Assembly: GCA_043228905.1 (NCBI GenBank)
Contig: JBHGNT010000006.1
Location: 21,514,001-21,578,000, forward strand
Length of the DNA: 64,000 nt
Source: Azolla caroliniana
Lineage: Eukaryota > Plantae > Polypodiophyta
Reading direction: 5' to 3'
In this document: positions 20,900 through 30,996 of the stretch, piece after piece
Position numbering within the stretch: the first letter of the stretch is position 1
How the letters are laid out: each line of letters begins with the position of its first letter
Program-made: the position numbers and the translations under genes
Notes under the pieces: generated by a model
Database searches by the model: none
Seen by the model: only the letters and a program-made list of their open reading frames with translations
What the model was told of the DNA's origin: nothing

Positions 20900-23131
20900 G
20901 TGGCCTCGATGTAGGGTTTCATTCCAAACCCATTGACCCATTTTGGCATGACGTCACCTGCTAAGGTGCTGAGTTGGTACGTCCCGTTGAATTCATCGAC
21001 AATCCAAAAAGGTCCAGTCTAGTGGAACCGAAAGTTTCCAGGCATATGGCCGAGTCGAGTCTTGAAGACCAAGAAAACTTTGCCAATCCCGAATAGTTGC
21101 TCATTGTACCATCGGTGTCGGTCATCAAAGGCTTTTCCCCGACGTTGAGCCTACTTGAGATTGGTCAAGCTCGAGAAGTTGTTCTAGTCTCTTTAGTTTG
21201 GACTCGGTTTCGGGTAGGCACTCGATTATCTGGACTTGTAAATTGCAAATTTTCAATCTCTATTTGATTGTCTGCAACTTAGAGACATCACATTGCAAAT
21301 TTACAATCTTTACTTTGACTGCTTTTAATCTCTTTAGTGTCTAATCGACACTTGTATATATATTTTTTTAATATTTTATTCTTTGTGGGTTTTCACCTTA
21401 GTTTGAGGTTTCCTAGTAGTAATAAATGTGTAAAAAAAAAAAGACTCGTAAACTGGGAACTTAAAATTCAACCGGTATTATTGCCTCTAAACTGAATGCT
21501 AATAAAAAAGGCTTCGATTTGATACTTGTTTTATAGGTCATTCGATAGGTCCAAAGCACCCTATGCAATTTCTGATCCCAATTAGTTCATTTTTCATTCA
21601 CGATTTTCATTAATATATTCTGGATTATCTTGTTCGTGGATTCGGCTAGCCCATTCAATTGCAGGTAATATAGTGTACTCTTCTTTTGGACGATAACATA
21701 GTGAGTCATAAGTTAGCGAATCATCTTGTTGATAAAGTGACCTCCCTGGTCACTAACCAATTCGATGGGACATCCAAATCAATAGAAAAGGTGTTCGTAG
21801 ATGAATTTTGCTATGGATGCAACTGTTTTATCTTGAAGCACTTTCGCGTCCACCCATTTGGTGCACTAGTCGGTCGGGACGATGATGTATTGATTACCTG
21901 TTCAGGTCGCGACTAGTTTGAATGGGCCTAAGAAATCGAGGAACCATGTTTGGAATGTCTCAAGCGGAAGGATAGGTTGATAAGGCATCTGAGCTTGTTC
22001 GGTTGGTTGCCCCTTACGCTGACATAAGTCACATTGCTTATAGAACGTGATTGCATCTTTCTGAGTCGTCGGCCACCATAAGCCAGTTTGCCATATTTTG
22101 CAGGCTGTGGCATCACCAGCATAATACCCTTTGACTATGTCGTAACGTGTTTCACGAATAATTGCATCCTTCTCGAACTATAGAACTGCGTGGCGCCATA
22201 TGCCATCTTCTCCCTTGTGGTACAAGGCGTTGTGAAGTAGGTAGAAGTTTCCACTTCGGATGGCCAATCACTTTTTCTCATTGAGTGTCAGGTGCGCTAG
22301 TGGGAGGTTGGTGTTGAGAAATTGCAACAACTCATCCATTGACGTGTCTTCGGGATCCGGATTGGGAGGAGCCACATTGATTCTGATATTTCTCACATCT
22401 GGAAGGTCGTCTGGGATACCTTCAACTGGCCCTCTTGATTCGAGGTGACTAAGGTTGTCAACCTCGACATGTTGTACCCTCTGTTGATGATGAATGGAGA
22501 ACTTGAATTCATGTAGTAACAACATCCATAAAGCCAATCTGCCCTTAAGGGATTGTTTCGTAACGAAGTATATGAGAGCTGAGTGATCGACATGAAAAGG
22601 GAATTTTTGGCCGAGTAGATAATACTGAAACTTGGTTATAATGTAAATCATCCTGAGAGCTTCTCTCTCTATAGTCCAATAATTCTTTTCGGCAGTTGAG
22701 AGAGATCGGTTGGCGTATTATACCAACCAATACCAGTTACGAGTCGTCAATTGCATAAGTGCATTGCCAATTGGCACATCCAGGGCATCGACAAACACGT
22801 GGAAGGGTTATGCCCAATCTGGTGCTTGGGACAACATGATTTTCAAAGCTGTATATGCCTCATTCTCGGTGGAAGTCCATTGAAAGATCGTTCGGTGAAC
22901 GACCGCATGCAACGGGGGTGCGAAATTGGCCAAATGGCGGAGCATGTAGCTGTGTCGTCGAATTTTTCCTAAAAAATGGTTGAGGGCTTGTGCGGTTTGT
23001 GGGGCCAGAGCTGTGAGGATGGTGTTTACCATGTCGGGGTCCACTGCAATCCCTTCCCGGTGAACTATATGTCCTAGTAGGGCACCGCGAGAGACACCGA
23101 ATACGCATTTTGCTGTATTGAGGCATAATCG
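20900..23131 (-). pseudogene. pol: Decayed Ty3/Gypsy pol (RT C-terminus, RNase H, integrase), non-chromovirus type
   Basis: KCVFGV...LLGHIV...IAVDP (RT); FHVDHSAL...WMLLLHEF (RH); LVSDQGGHF and GPFWIV...GTYQL...WVNG (IN). Many stops and frameshifts. Confidence 0.85.
21246..21442 (+). mobile_element. Short poly(A)-tailed non-LTR retroposon insertion (5'-truncated LINE or SINE)
   Basis: AATAAA at 21421-21426, A11 tail at 21432-21442, flanked by a 13-bp degenerate TSD gacttgtaaattg (21233-21245) / gactcgtaaactg (21443-21455). It splits the integrase remnant. Confidence 0.75.
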
Positions 23132-23640
23132 TGTCAAAACCAAGAGAAAAGATAGAGTGGCAGAAGAATGATGGAAAGAGATCACAAGAAGAGAAGAATG
23201 AAGTGATAAGAGATGAATGAATGTATTAATAAGATAGAACAAAGATGGATACAAGATAGGCGACGAAAGCTTAAGACTGGTGTTGATTCGAATTGGTTTG
23301 AGAAAAATTATATCTCCATATTTATAGGTCTATAATGTTCTAGAATGTTCTAGACCTAGAATATTCTAAGAAGTTCTAGGATATTCTAGAATGTTCTAGA
23401 CCTAGAATATTCTAAGAAGTTCTAGGATATTCTAGAATGTTCTAGACCTAGAATATTCTAAGATGTTCTAGGATATTCTAGAATGTTCCAGAACATTTAC
23501 AATAGTCAGTCTATTACAAGAAGTAGCTTTTATTATTTTATATGATCATATGCTATCTTAATGGTTAGGTTCTTCATTATGTATTACAAGGTCTTGGGTT
23601 CAAGCCCAAGTGAAGCCATAATGCTTATGTATTCATGACA
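23132..23640 (-). repeat. 3' LTR of a Tcn1-like chromovirus, with a 46-bp TTCTAGA-rich tandem repeat (3x, about 23338-23495)
   Basis: TGTCA...TGACA termini; adjoins the PPT (ggggagatag on the minus strand) and a chromodomain. Confidence 0.8.
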
Positions 23641-23644
23641 CTAT

Positions 23645-23911
23645 CTCCCCTTCGAGAACGACGAGTGGAAGTCTTCGTTAACAATGTAGGGCTCGATTTG
23701 TTTGGATAACAACGATGGAAGTCTTTGACAAGAGCTTGAGCATTAGAAACATTATTGACGGGTTCCCAAGTGCGATCACTCGGAGGATAGCCTACCAAAT
23801 CAACCAGATAATAGAGCTTATTTCGCACAATCTTTGAATCGAGAATATCAACTACCTTGTACTTAGGGCCATCAACAAGTTGGACAGAGGGAGGAGGTGG
23901 CATGACACGCT
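23645..23911 (-). pseudogene. Integrase C-terminal chromodomain of a truncated chromovirus
   Basis: PPPP...YKVVDILDSKIVRNKLYYLVDLVGYPPSDRTWEPVNNVSNAQALVKDFH, a group I chromodomain. Confidence 0.9.
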
Positions 23912-24521
23912 CATGTCGTCGAGCCATTATATGGATTGCTAAAGAAAAGAATCAAGTTCGAATGGCGAGATGAGCATACAAACGCGATGTGAAGATTGAA
24001 GAAACTACTTCTTGAAGCTCCAACACTAAGAAAGGCCGACTATACCGATGGCAAGCCAATTTATGTGACTGTAGATATTAGCCCAACCGGAATCGGGTGG
24101 GTCATCAACCAAGAAGGAGAAGATAATGTGCGGTATGTCATCCGGTTCAGAGCAAAGGTTCTCAGCGAACAACAACAAAGATACGCCCAAGTCAAGCGGG
24201 AACTTTGGGGTATTGTGTCTACAGTGAAGATGGACAAAGACTACCTGATCGGTTAGGAAGTGATAATTGAGACAGATTGTCTCCCAATCCTCGGAATGAT
24301 CTTAGGATGTGCGACGCCAGATCTAGCTATGCTAAGGTGGATCGCCTATATCAAGTCTTTAAACCTAGAGATCCGCCACATTGCAAGAACGAAGAATGCC
24401 ATGGTTGTCATGTTGTCGAGGGTGAGATTTGAGAATGAAAGTGACATGGTTTCGGAAAATGAAGACATCACCCTTGACTTCTTCAAGATGGCCCGACTAT
24501 CGGCGGAAGACAAGGGCACGT

Positions 24522-25707
24522 TGTCGTGAAGATCCGTCACTACATGCGGATCGTGAGGCGGAACCGCCAAAGTTCTAGACTGGAAGGACTCGAAGTTTGC
24601 ACTAGCTTTAACGAGAAAGGAATTAAGAGAGAGAGATTGAGATAAGATAAACTTCTTGACTTTAGATTGAGAGAGAACAAGATTAATACATTAATTAGAT
24701 AACAAATTTTCTTCTTAATATTAATTTTGATATCAAGTACCCCAGCTTGCTTGATTAATCCACTCTTTTATAGATGCCCCCATGCATATGGTGCATGTGA
24801 GGGTGCAAGACATGCACGGGATGCATGAAATGCATGCATGCTTGCCATGTCATCATCTAAGCTCTCATGTATGAGAATTACATGTAAAAGTATAGTGATA
24901 AAAAATATATCCCTAAAGAAATGATTTGGCTTAATGGTAAGCCTATAGACTCTCAACTTGGTGGTGCAATGTTCAAGTCTTGCATACATCCCTTTTTAAA
25001 GCACAAAATACTATTAGGCTTTTGGTCTTGTAATTACACCAAATATCTTTAAGACACCATGCACCACGATCACCCGATCCGTCTGATACATCCCTTTTTA
25101 AAGCACAAAATACTATTAGGCTTTTGGTCTTGTAATTACACCAAATATCTTTAAGACACCATGCACCACGATCACCCGATCCGTCCGATTTGCACCCGTT
25201 TGGTCCGCATCCCTAGCCGGTTCCGTCACCGGTTGTCGCCGCTTCGCCGACTCCGTCGCCAGCTGCCGCCGGTCTGGTTTTTGTTGGCCAAAACCTTTGC
25301 CAGTAGCTAGGCCACACCCATTCATTAGATTAACTTAGTTCAAGTCACCTTTAACTCTCTATGCTCCACACATAGACACAAAATAATAGCTTTTGGCTTT
25401 GATTTATATATTGTAGGATCCTTGTTTGTCCTATCTATGTGAGATATCTTACAGGTTTGTTTTTCTTTTCTCTTCTTTTCTTTTTTCGCAACTTTATACC
25501 CACATAACTTCACACTTAGTTGATTGTTTGTTATGTAGCAAAGTGCATTCAAAAGCTCTTCAAGACCTCCATCTTCCCGTACCAAGATATTAAGCTAATC
25601 TAAAATAGTATTTTCACTATCATTGTTTCATGTCTTGTGTGAAGAACCACACTCGATTTTGGACATTCCTCACAATTTTCACACCATTGGCGAAAATCTT
25701 CACGACA
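24522..25707 (-). mobile_element. Solo LTR (1186 bp) inserted antisense into the pol of its own family
   Basis: TSD ACGT at 24518-24521 and 25708-25711; 12-bp terminal inverted repeat TGTCGTGAAGAT/ATCTTCACGACA; reverse complement is homologous to 27181-28410; internal ~102-bp tandem duplication at 24984-25185. Confidence 0.9.
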
Positions 25708-27180
25708 ACGTAACCCTCCACGCCTCCAACGAGGACGGGTATGAAGGAGAGTGGTTACTGATCGGCAGATTCTTAAGAACAATGATGGCGGATGCTTCGT
25801 TGACAAAGGAGGAGGCTCTACGAATACAGAAGAAATCTTACAAATACTTCCTGAAGGGAGGATTCCTCTAGCAACACCCAAAAAGAAGGACAAGAATGCC
25901 ACGTCGAGTGGTGGTGAAGAAAGAAGAGCAAGTGACGTTGATGACTAAATTCCACGAGAGTCCTTGGGCAGGTCATAGAGGAACATGGGCGACGTTCGAA
26001 AAGTTGAAGGAGAAGTACTGGTAGCCAAGCACGTACAAAGATGTACTCCATTTCGTGTCTGCGTGCAAAACTTGCCAAGTACATTCGAATATACGTCATC
26101 GTGATGAGTTCTGGCCGACATACCCGCTCACCATACACTTCAAATGGATAGTGGATCTGGTCTCAATGCCAATGGGAGTGGGACAAATGAAGTACTTAGT
26201 TCTGGCCAGAGAAGACTTGACAAATCAAGTGGAAGGACAGGCCTTGGCAAATAAGACAACGTCAGCTGTTTGCAAATTTCTACTCGAAGAGGTTGTTTGC
26301 CGTTACGGATGTGTGGGAAAGATAGTGGCCGACCGAGGGGAGTTGGATGCACACGAAGCAACGGAGCTCTTCGAACGACTAGGCGTGACACTCTCCCTCA
26401 CGACTACCTATAATCTAGAAGCGAATGGGAAGATCGAGTAAGGGCATGAACCAATCGTCAAAGCCATCGTACGAGCATGCAACAGTCGAGTTGAGAACTG
26501 GCCACGACTATTGCCCTATGCTTTGTGGGCCGATAGATCTACAAACAATTTAGTGACAGGGTATATTGCCAACAAAGCTTATGTATGGACAAAAGCCGGT
26601 AATGCCCATTGAAAGGATGATCGCCTCATGGGTAGCAATACCATGGGAGAACGAGATGAGCTGAGAAGAATTATTACCGACATGGATAAGGTAGCTTGAA
26701 AGAAGGCCTAAAGATCTAGAAAAAGCACGAAAGATGATGGAGGCAGCCCAAGTGAAGAACAAAATTCGGTTCGACAAGACACATCGACTGAGTCCCAAGA
26801 AGATCGAAAAAGGAGATTGGGTATTGGTCTACGATAGCAGCCTTGACAATCAACACAGGACAACAAGAAAGTTCGCAAGAAGATGGTTTGGACCATATGT
26901 GGTGACAAGTGCCAATGACAATGCCACATGCCACCTTGCGGAGCTACACGGATCAAGGTTGGCCATACCCATTGCGGGAAAAAGAGTAAGGATTTTCAAG
27001 AAAAGACAAGACGAGGATCCTGACCTCGATCACCTTGACGATGAAGATAGTAGGACTAAACCTACATACTTGAGCTATGTGAACGAGGACATGAAGGAAT
27101 TTGATTAATCACTGTAGCTAAAATCTCACACTCTCTCTTCTTGGCACGTACCGGAGGCCGTGTGATTTGGTGGGGGTGGA

Positions 27181-28410
27181 TGTCATGAAGATTTTCGGCA
27201 ACGGTGTGAAAATTGCATGGAATGTACAAAATCAAGTGTGGTTCTTCACACACAATATGAAACAATAATATTGAAGATACTATTTTATATTAGGTTAATA
27301 TCTTGGTACGAAAAGATGGTTGTCTTCAAGAGATTCCGAATGTACTTTACTACATTTGAAACGGACAACTAAATGTCAAGTTATGTGAAGTTTGAGAAGA
27401 AGAAGAGAAAAACAAAACTGTGAGATATCCCACATAGATAGGACAAATCAGGATCCCACAGCATATAAGCAGAGCCAAACCTTGGTACTTTTTGTCTATG
27501 TGTGGAGCACAAAATGGTCAAGGTCACTTGGGCTAAAACTATCCAGATGGATGGATGTGGCCTAACTACTCGTAATAGTTTTGAGGAACCGGAACCGGAA
27601 CCAAAACGGACAGATGGCAACAGAACCAAAAGCAGAACGGACGGACTGCGATGGAACCGGAACGGAGAGATGGCGACGGAACCTGATCGGGCCAGACGGG
27701 ATGGGGACGGTAACAGAATCGGAACCGGAACGGACGGATGGCGACGGAACCGGATCGAACCGGTCGGGACAGACAGATCGGTCGGGTCGGTCGAATAGGT
27801 TGATCGCGACGCACGGTGTCTTGAAGATTTTTCGGTGTGAAACGAACAAAATTGTCTAACAGTTCCATTGGTTCATTGGAGGTCAACTGAAGGTGTAATA
27901 TGCAGTTAAACATTTGTAAATACAAGACTAAAGCAGTGTAAAATTTTGTGTTTACAGGGTGTAAGTAAAAATTTGAACCTTGCACCTCCTACATAAGAGC
28001 CACATGACTTACCACTAAGCTAAGTGATGACTTTATCATTGCACTTTTCATATGTAAAATCTCATATATGAGAGCTTGGATGAGTGACATGGCAAATTTC
28101 ATGCATTACGTGCATGTCTTGCACCCCCCCATAAAAGAATGGCGGTCAACCAAGATGGAACTAATGAAGAAATTGGCAAGAAATTAATAATAATAATAAT
28201 AAATCAAGTTATCCTAATGGTGATGTATCTGGTCTCTCAAATTTAAAGTCAAGAGTTTAATCTCAATCTCTCTCTCTCTCCATATCAATCTCTCTCAATC
28301 TATCTTAAATCCTTTTTTGCTAAAGTTAGTGCAAACTTCAAATCCTTCCAATCCAGGACCCCGACGGTTACACCTCACGATCCGCACGTAGTGACGGATT
28401 TTACACAACA
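27181..28410 (+). repeat. 3' LTR, containing a GGAACCGGAACGGA-type degenerate minisatellite (about 27585-27795)
   Basis: TGTCATGAAG...ACAACA, follows the PPT, homologous to the solo LTR 24522-25707. Confidence 0.85.
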
Positions 28411-29397
28411 ACGCTCTCCCACACATTCACTATACGGTCGACGGCCACCGCCATCGCCTCTCGAAGTTCACTTCCCCTCATCTTGAGCTCCTTTGCCACC
28501 CCCTTTTCACGTCGGGTTCACCAAAGATGTCGCGGATTTCCGCATGTATGTGTTAGAACGGGGTGGGACCACCGGGGTCTTGAACAAAGGAGCATGTAAG
28601 AGAGGGTGAGGAGACTTACCAGAGTGTTTCCAGATCACTTCGTCAGCACACGGGATCAGGCACACTACCAATCCGGGGCAGTCACCAGATACCGCGTGAT
28701 GGGCACACAAGTTTGGATACGTATACTATCCGGGTCCAGTGGCTAGATACTGGCGAATGAGCATATGAGCTCAGAAACACAACCAACGCACGAGGTGGAA
28801 TGAAAATAGGAAAGGGACATACGGGCTTGACACCGAGAGAAGAATGGAACACAGCAAAAAAATGGATTAAATAACTAAGTAATACAACCGGACTCAGTCG
28901 GTAACAAAGCGTCTAGGTCCCCACACTCACAGACACAGACACTAGCGAGCCTCCGATTGGGAGCACATGGTATACTAGCGTGAAACGGAAGCCTCACAGC
29001 ACAACAACAAGAAACAAAAAGGAAAATAGAGAATAGAAACCTCCGGAGCTCGGTCCGACAACACTTCGCCCTCCCAAATCATGGATCCCTTCTTTAGTCT
29101 TCTCTCCCTCCTTTTATAGTTCGAGGAGGGAGAGACCATTACATCAGGTTGTTAAGACAACCGCTCTTCTATCCCCCGATTCTCTCCTCGATCCATCAAT
29201 CCCCTTTTATTCCTCTCCATCTATGTGAACTTAAAGTACCTATTAAAACATGTTTACCTAGTATTCAACAACACATACATATTTACATATGTTTGTACAT
29301 AAAGACTAGTTAGTGTGAATCCGTGCACACCCCCATTCACGCACATCCAGCTCATTTCTGCATACTTTTCTCCCTATGACCGGAATCCTCCGCGACA
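28411..29397 (-). mobile_element. 5' end of another Trp-primed Gypsy element: LTR 28528-29397, PBS 28506-28523, short internal stub
   Basis: Perfect TGGTGAACCCGACGTGAA on the minus strand 4 nt from the LTR; LTR homologous to 1155-1914. Confidence 0.87.
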
Positions 29398-30300
29398 ATG
29401 CCTTTCGGAAGCATCCCAAGGTGGGGTAGATACGTCTTCTTCTAGTCCATACCATCAATCATTAGACACATATATTGCTCTGGTTTCATCAACGACTTCT
29501 CTATGTGATACATCGCTTTTTTCCTCTCTAGTGCTTGTGCTTCTAGATGGCCCTGCAACAACTTTTTATTGATGTCCTTCTCCTTTGTTGTTTTGGCACC
29601 TTTAGCCATGCTCTTCAGGTTTGCACAAATAGAACTATACTCCATGCGTACTTTCTAAGGTATAACAACATTAGTGAATCATCTTGACCACAATCTTGTG
29701 AACTGATTGTAGGTGTCATATTTATCACTTGACGTTAACATATCCGATCTGTAGGCATCATATACTTCTCGTCGAGTGTAATAATCTAAATGATGCAACC
29801 TACCAGTAGTTGGCTTTAAGTAGTTCTTCATCCAATTGATTGCATTTCTTCCGGATGCAACCTTCATACTTGGAACATCGTCGCCATCGATACTGAGATC
29901 ACCATTTACCGTTGTTGTACTCTATGTAATCTCATGTTGCTAACACATAACAAAATCTTGAATGCAACTCTACAACATTGTTGTACAGTCAAGAGATAAT
30001 ACTCAAAAGAGATCTTGATGTCTAACCATATGTCCTTCACCATTTGCATGTGTGGCATAAGATAAGTGTCTTGCTCATCACCAGTGAGTGAGAAATAGTA
30101 ACGCATTAATGACTGCAACTTATCCTTTCCAATCGCAAACATGCACCCACGTGTACAACAATCTTTGCCGACATCAATGTTGAGTTGGTTCTCAGATATC
30201 ACAAGGGTAAACCTGTCTTGACTGCTTCGGCGTGGAACCCACCTAAAATGCATAGGGCTTGCCGGCTCGATACACTTACATTTGGTGCCGTACTTCGTTC
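29398..30300 (-). pseudogene. Sola-like DDD transposase, N-terminal and central part, truncated by an LTR insertion
   Basis: CCTRGCM...YFSLTGDEQDTYL...CCRVAFKILLCVS; VYDAY...FTRLW; CANLK...HLEAQALERK.....CLMIDGMD*KKTYLPH (first catalytic D region), homologous to the second copy near 36070. Confidence 0.72.
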
Positions 30301-30909
30301 GTGAACATTGGTTTGTCCACCACCCGTAACACTTGTGACAGCTTCAATGCCATTCCCTTCATTGGTTGATTCTTCATCATAGTCTAGTACTCATCAACGG
30401 AGAACTCATGATAAAGCTCATTAATTTGTGGAGACGGAAAAGGGAGGGCACCAACGCAATATTCTTCCACAAAAAATGGTGACCCTATTGACATAGGATA
30501 TTCATCCACTGAAAATATTGAGTTCTGGCTCATTCTTTCAAGTTCAGAAGTTCCTAACAAAATGTCTGACTAAAGTTGAAATGAGGTGCTCTTGATCAAT
30601 ATAAGAGAGCGGCAACAAATGAAAGTGTATATATATATGGGGTATATATATATATTTATTTATTTATTTATTTATTTATTTAGGCCGATTAAAAAAGGCT
30701 ATATTAATATATTTTTTGTACTCAATGTATATATATAGTAGATCTAACTAAGTAAGTATAGTTAGTATTAACTAAATAAATCTAAGTCAAAGGTCTAAAA
30801 TTAAGTCTAAGTTAATTTCTTAACTCCAAGTCTATAGTTCGTTAATGGTCAAAATATATTTGTAGTTAGTTATAACCATAGTTAATAGTAACTCACCCTA
30901 CCCATTCCC

Positions 30910-30917
30910 TATAAATA
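30910..30917 (+). promoter_or_regulatory. Putative TATA box of the ParB-methyltransferase gene
   Basis: CCTATAAATAGG about 85 nt upstream of the ATG at 30997. Confidence 0.5.
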
Positions 30918-30996
30918 GGCACACCCCCTCATTTTTTCCTCCTCACACAAAGCACGAGACCACATAGAGAGCACGATCCCACATGAGCATTCCACC

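Larger units (their letters stand above)
23912..28410 (+). mobile_element. 5'-truncated, decayed Trp-family Gypsy (RH-IN remnant 23912-27108 plus 3' LTR 27181-28410)
   Basis: Peptides align by eye to pol 8663-12160 (YAQVKRELWGIVS, ETDCLPILG, VADRGELD, RRWFGPY) with premature stops; PPT ggtgggggtgga before 27181. Confidence 0.9.

Noticed and set aside
28506-28523. tRNA-Trp gene
   Set aside because: Only the 18-nt 3' end including CCA is present, next to an LTR; it is a PBS.
28411-29401. ACGC/ATGC as a TSD pair around 28415-29397
   Set aside because: They flank LTRs of two different, oppositely oriented elements.
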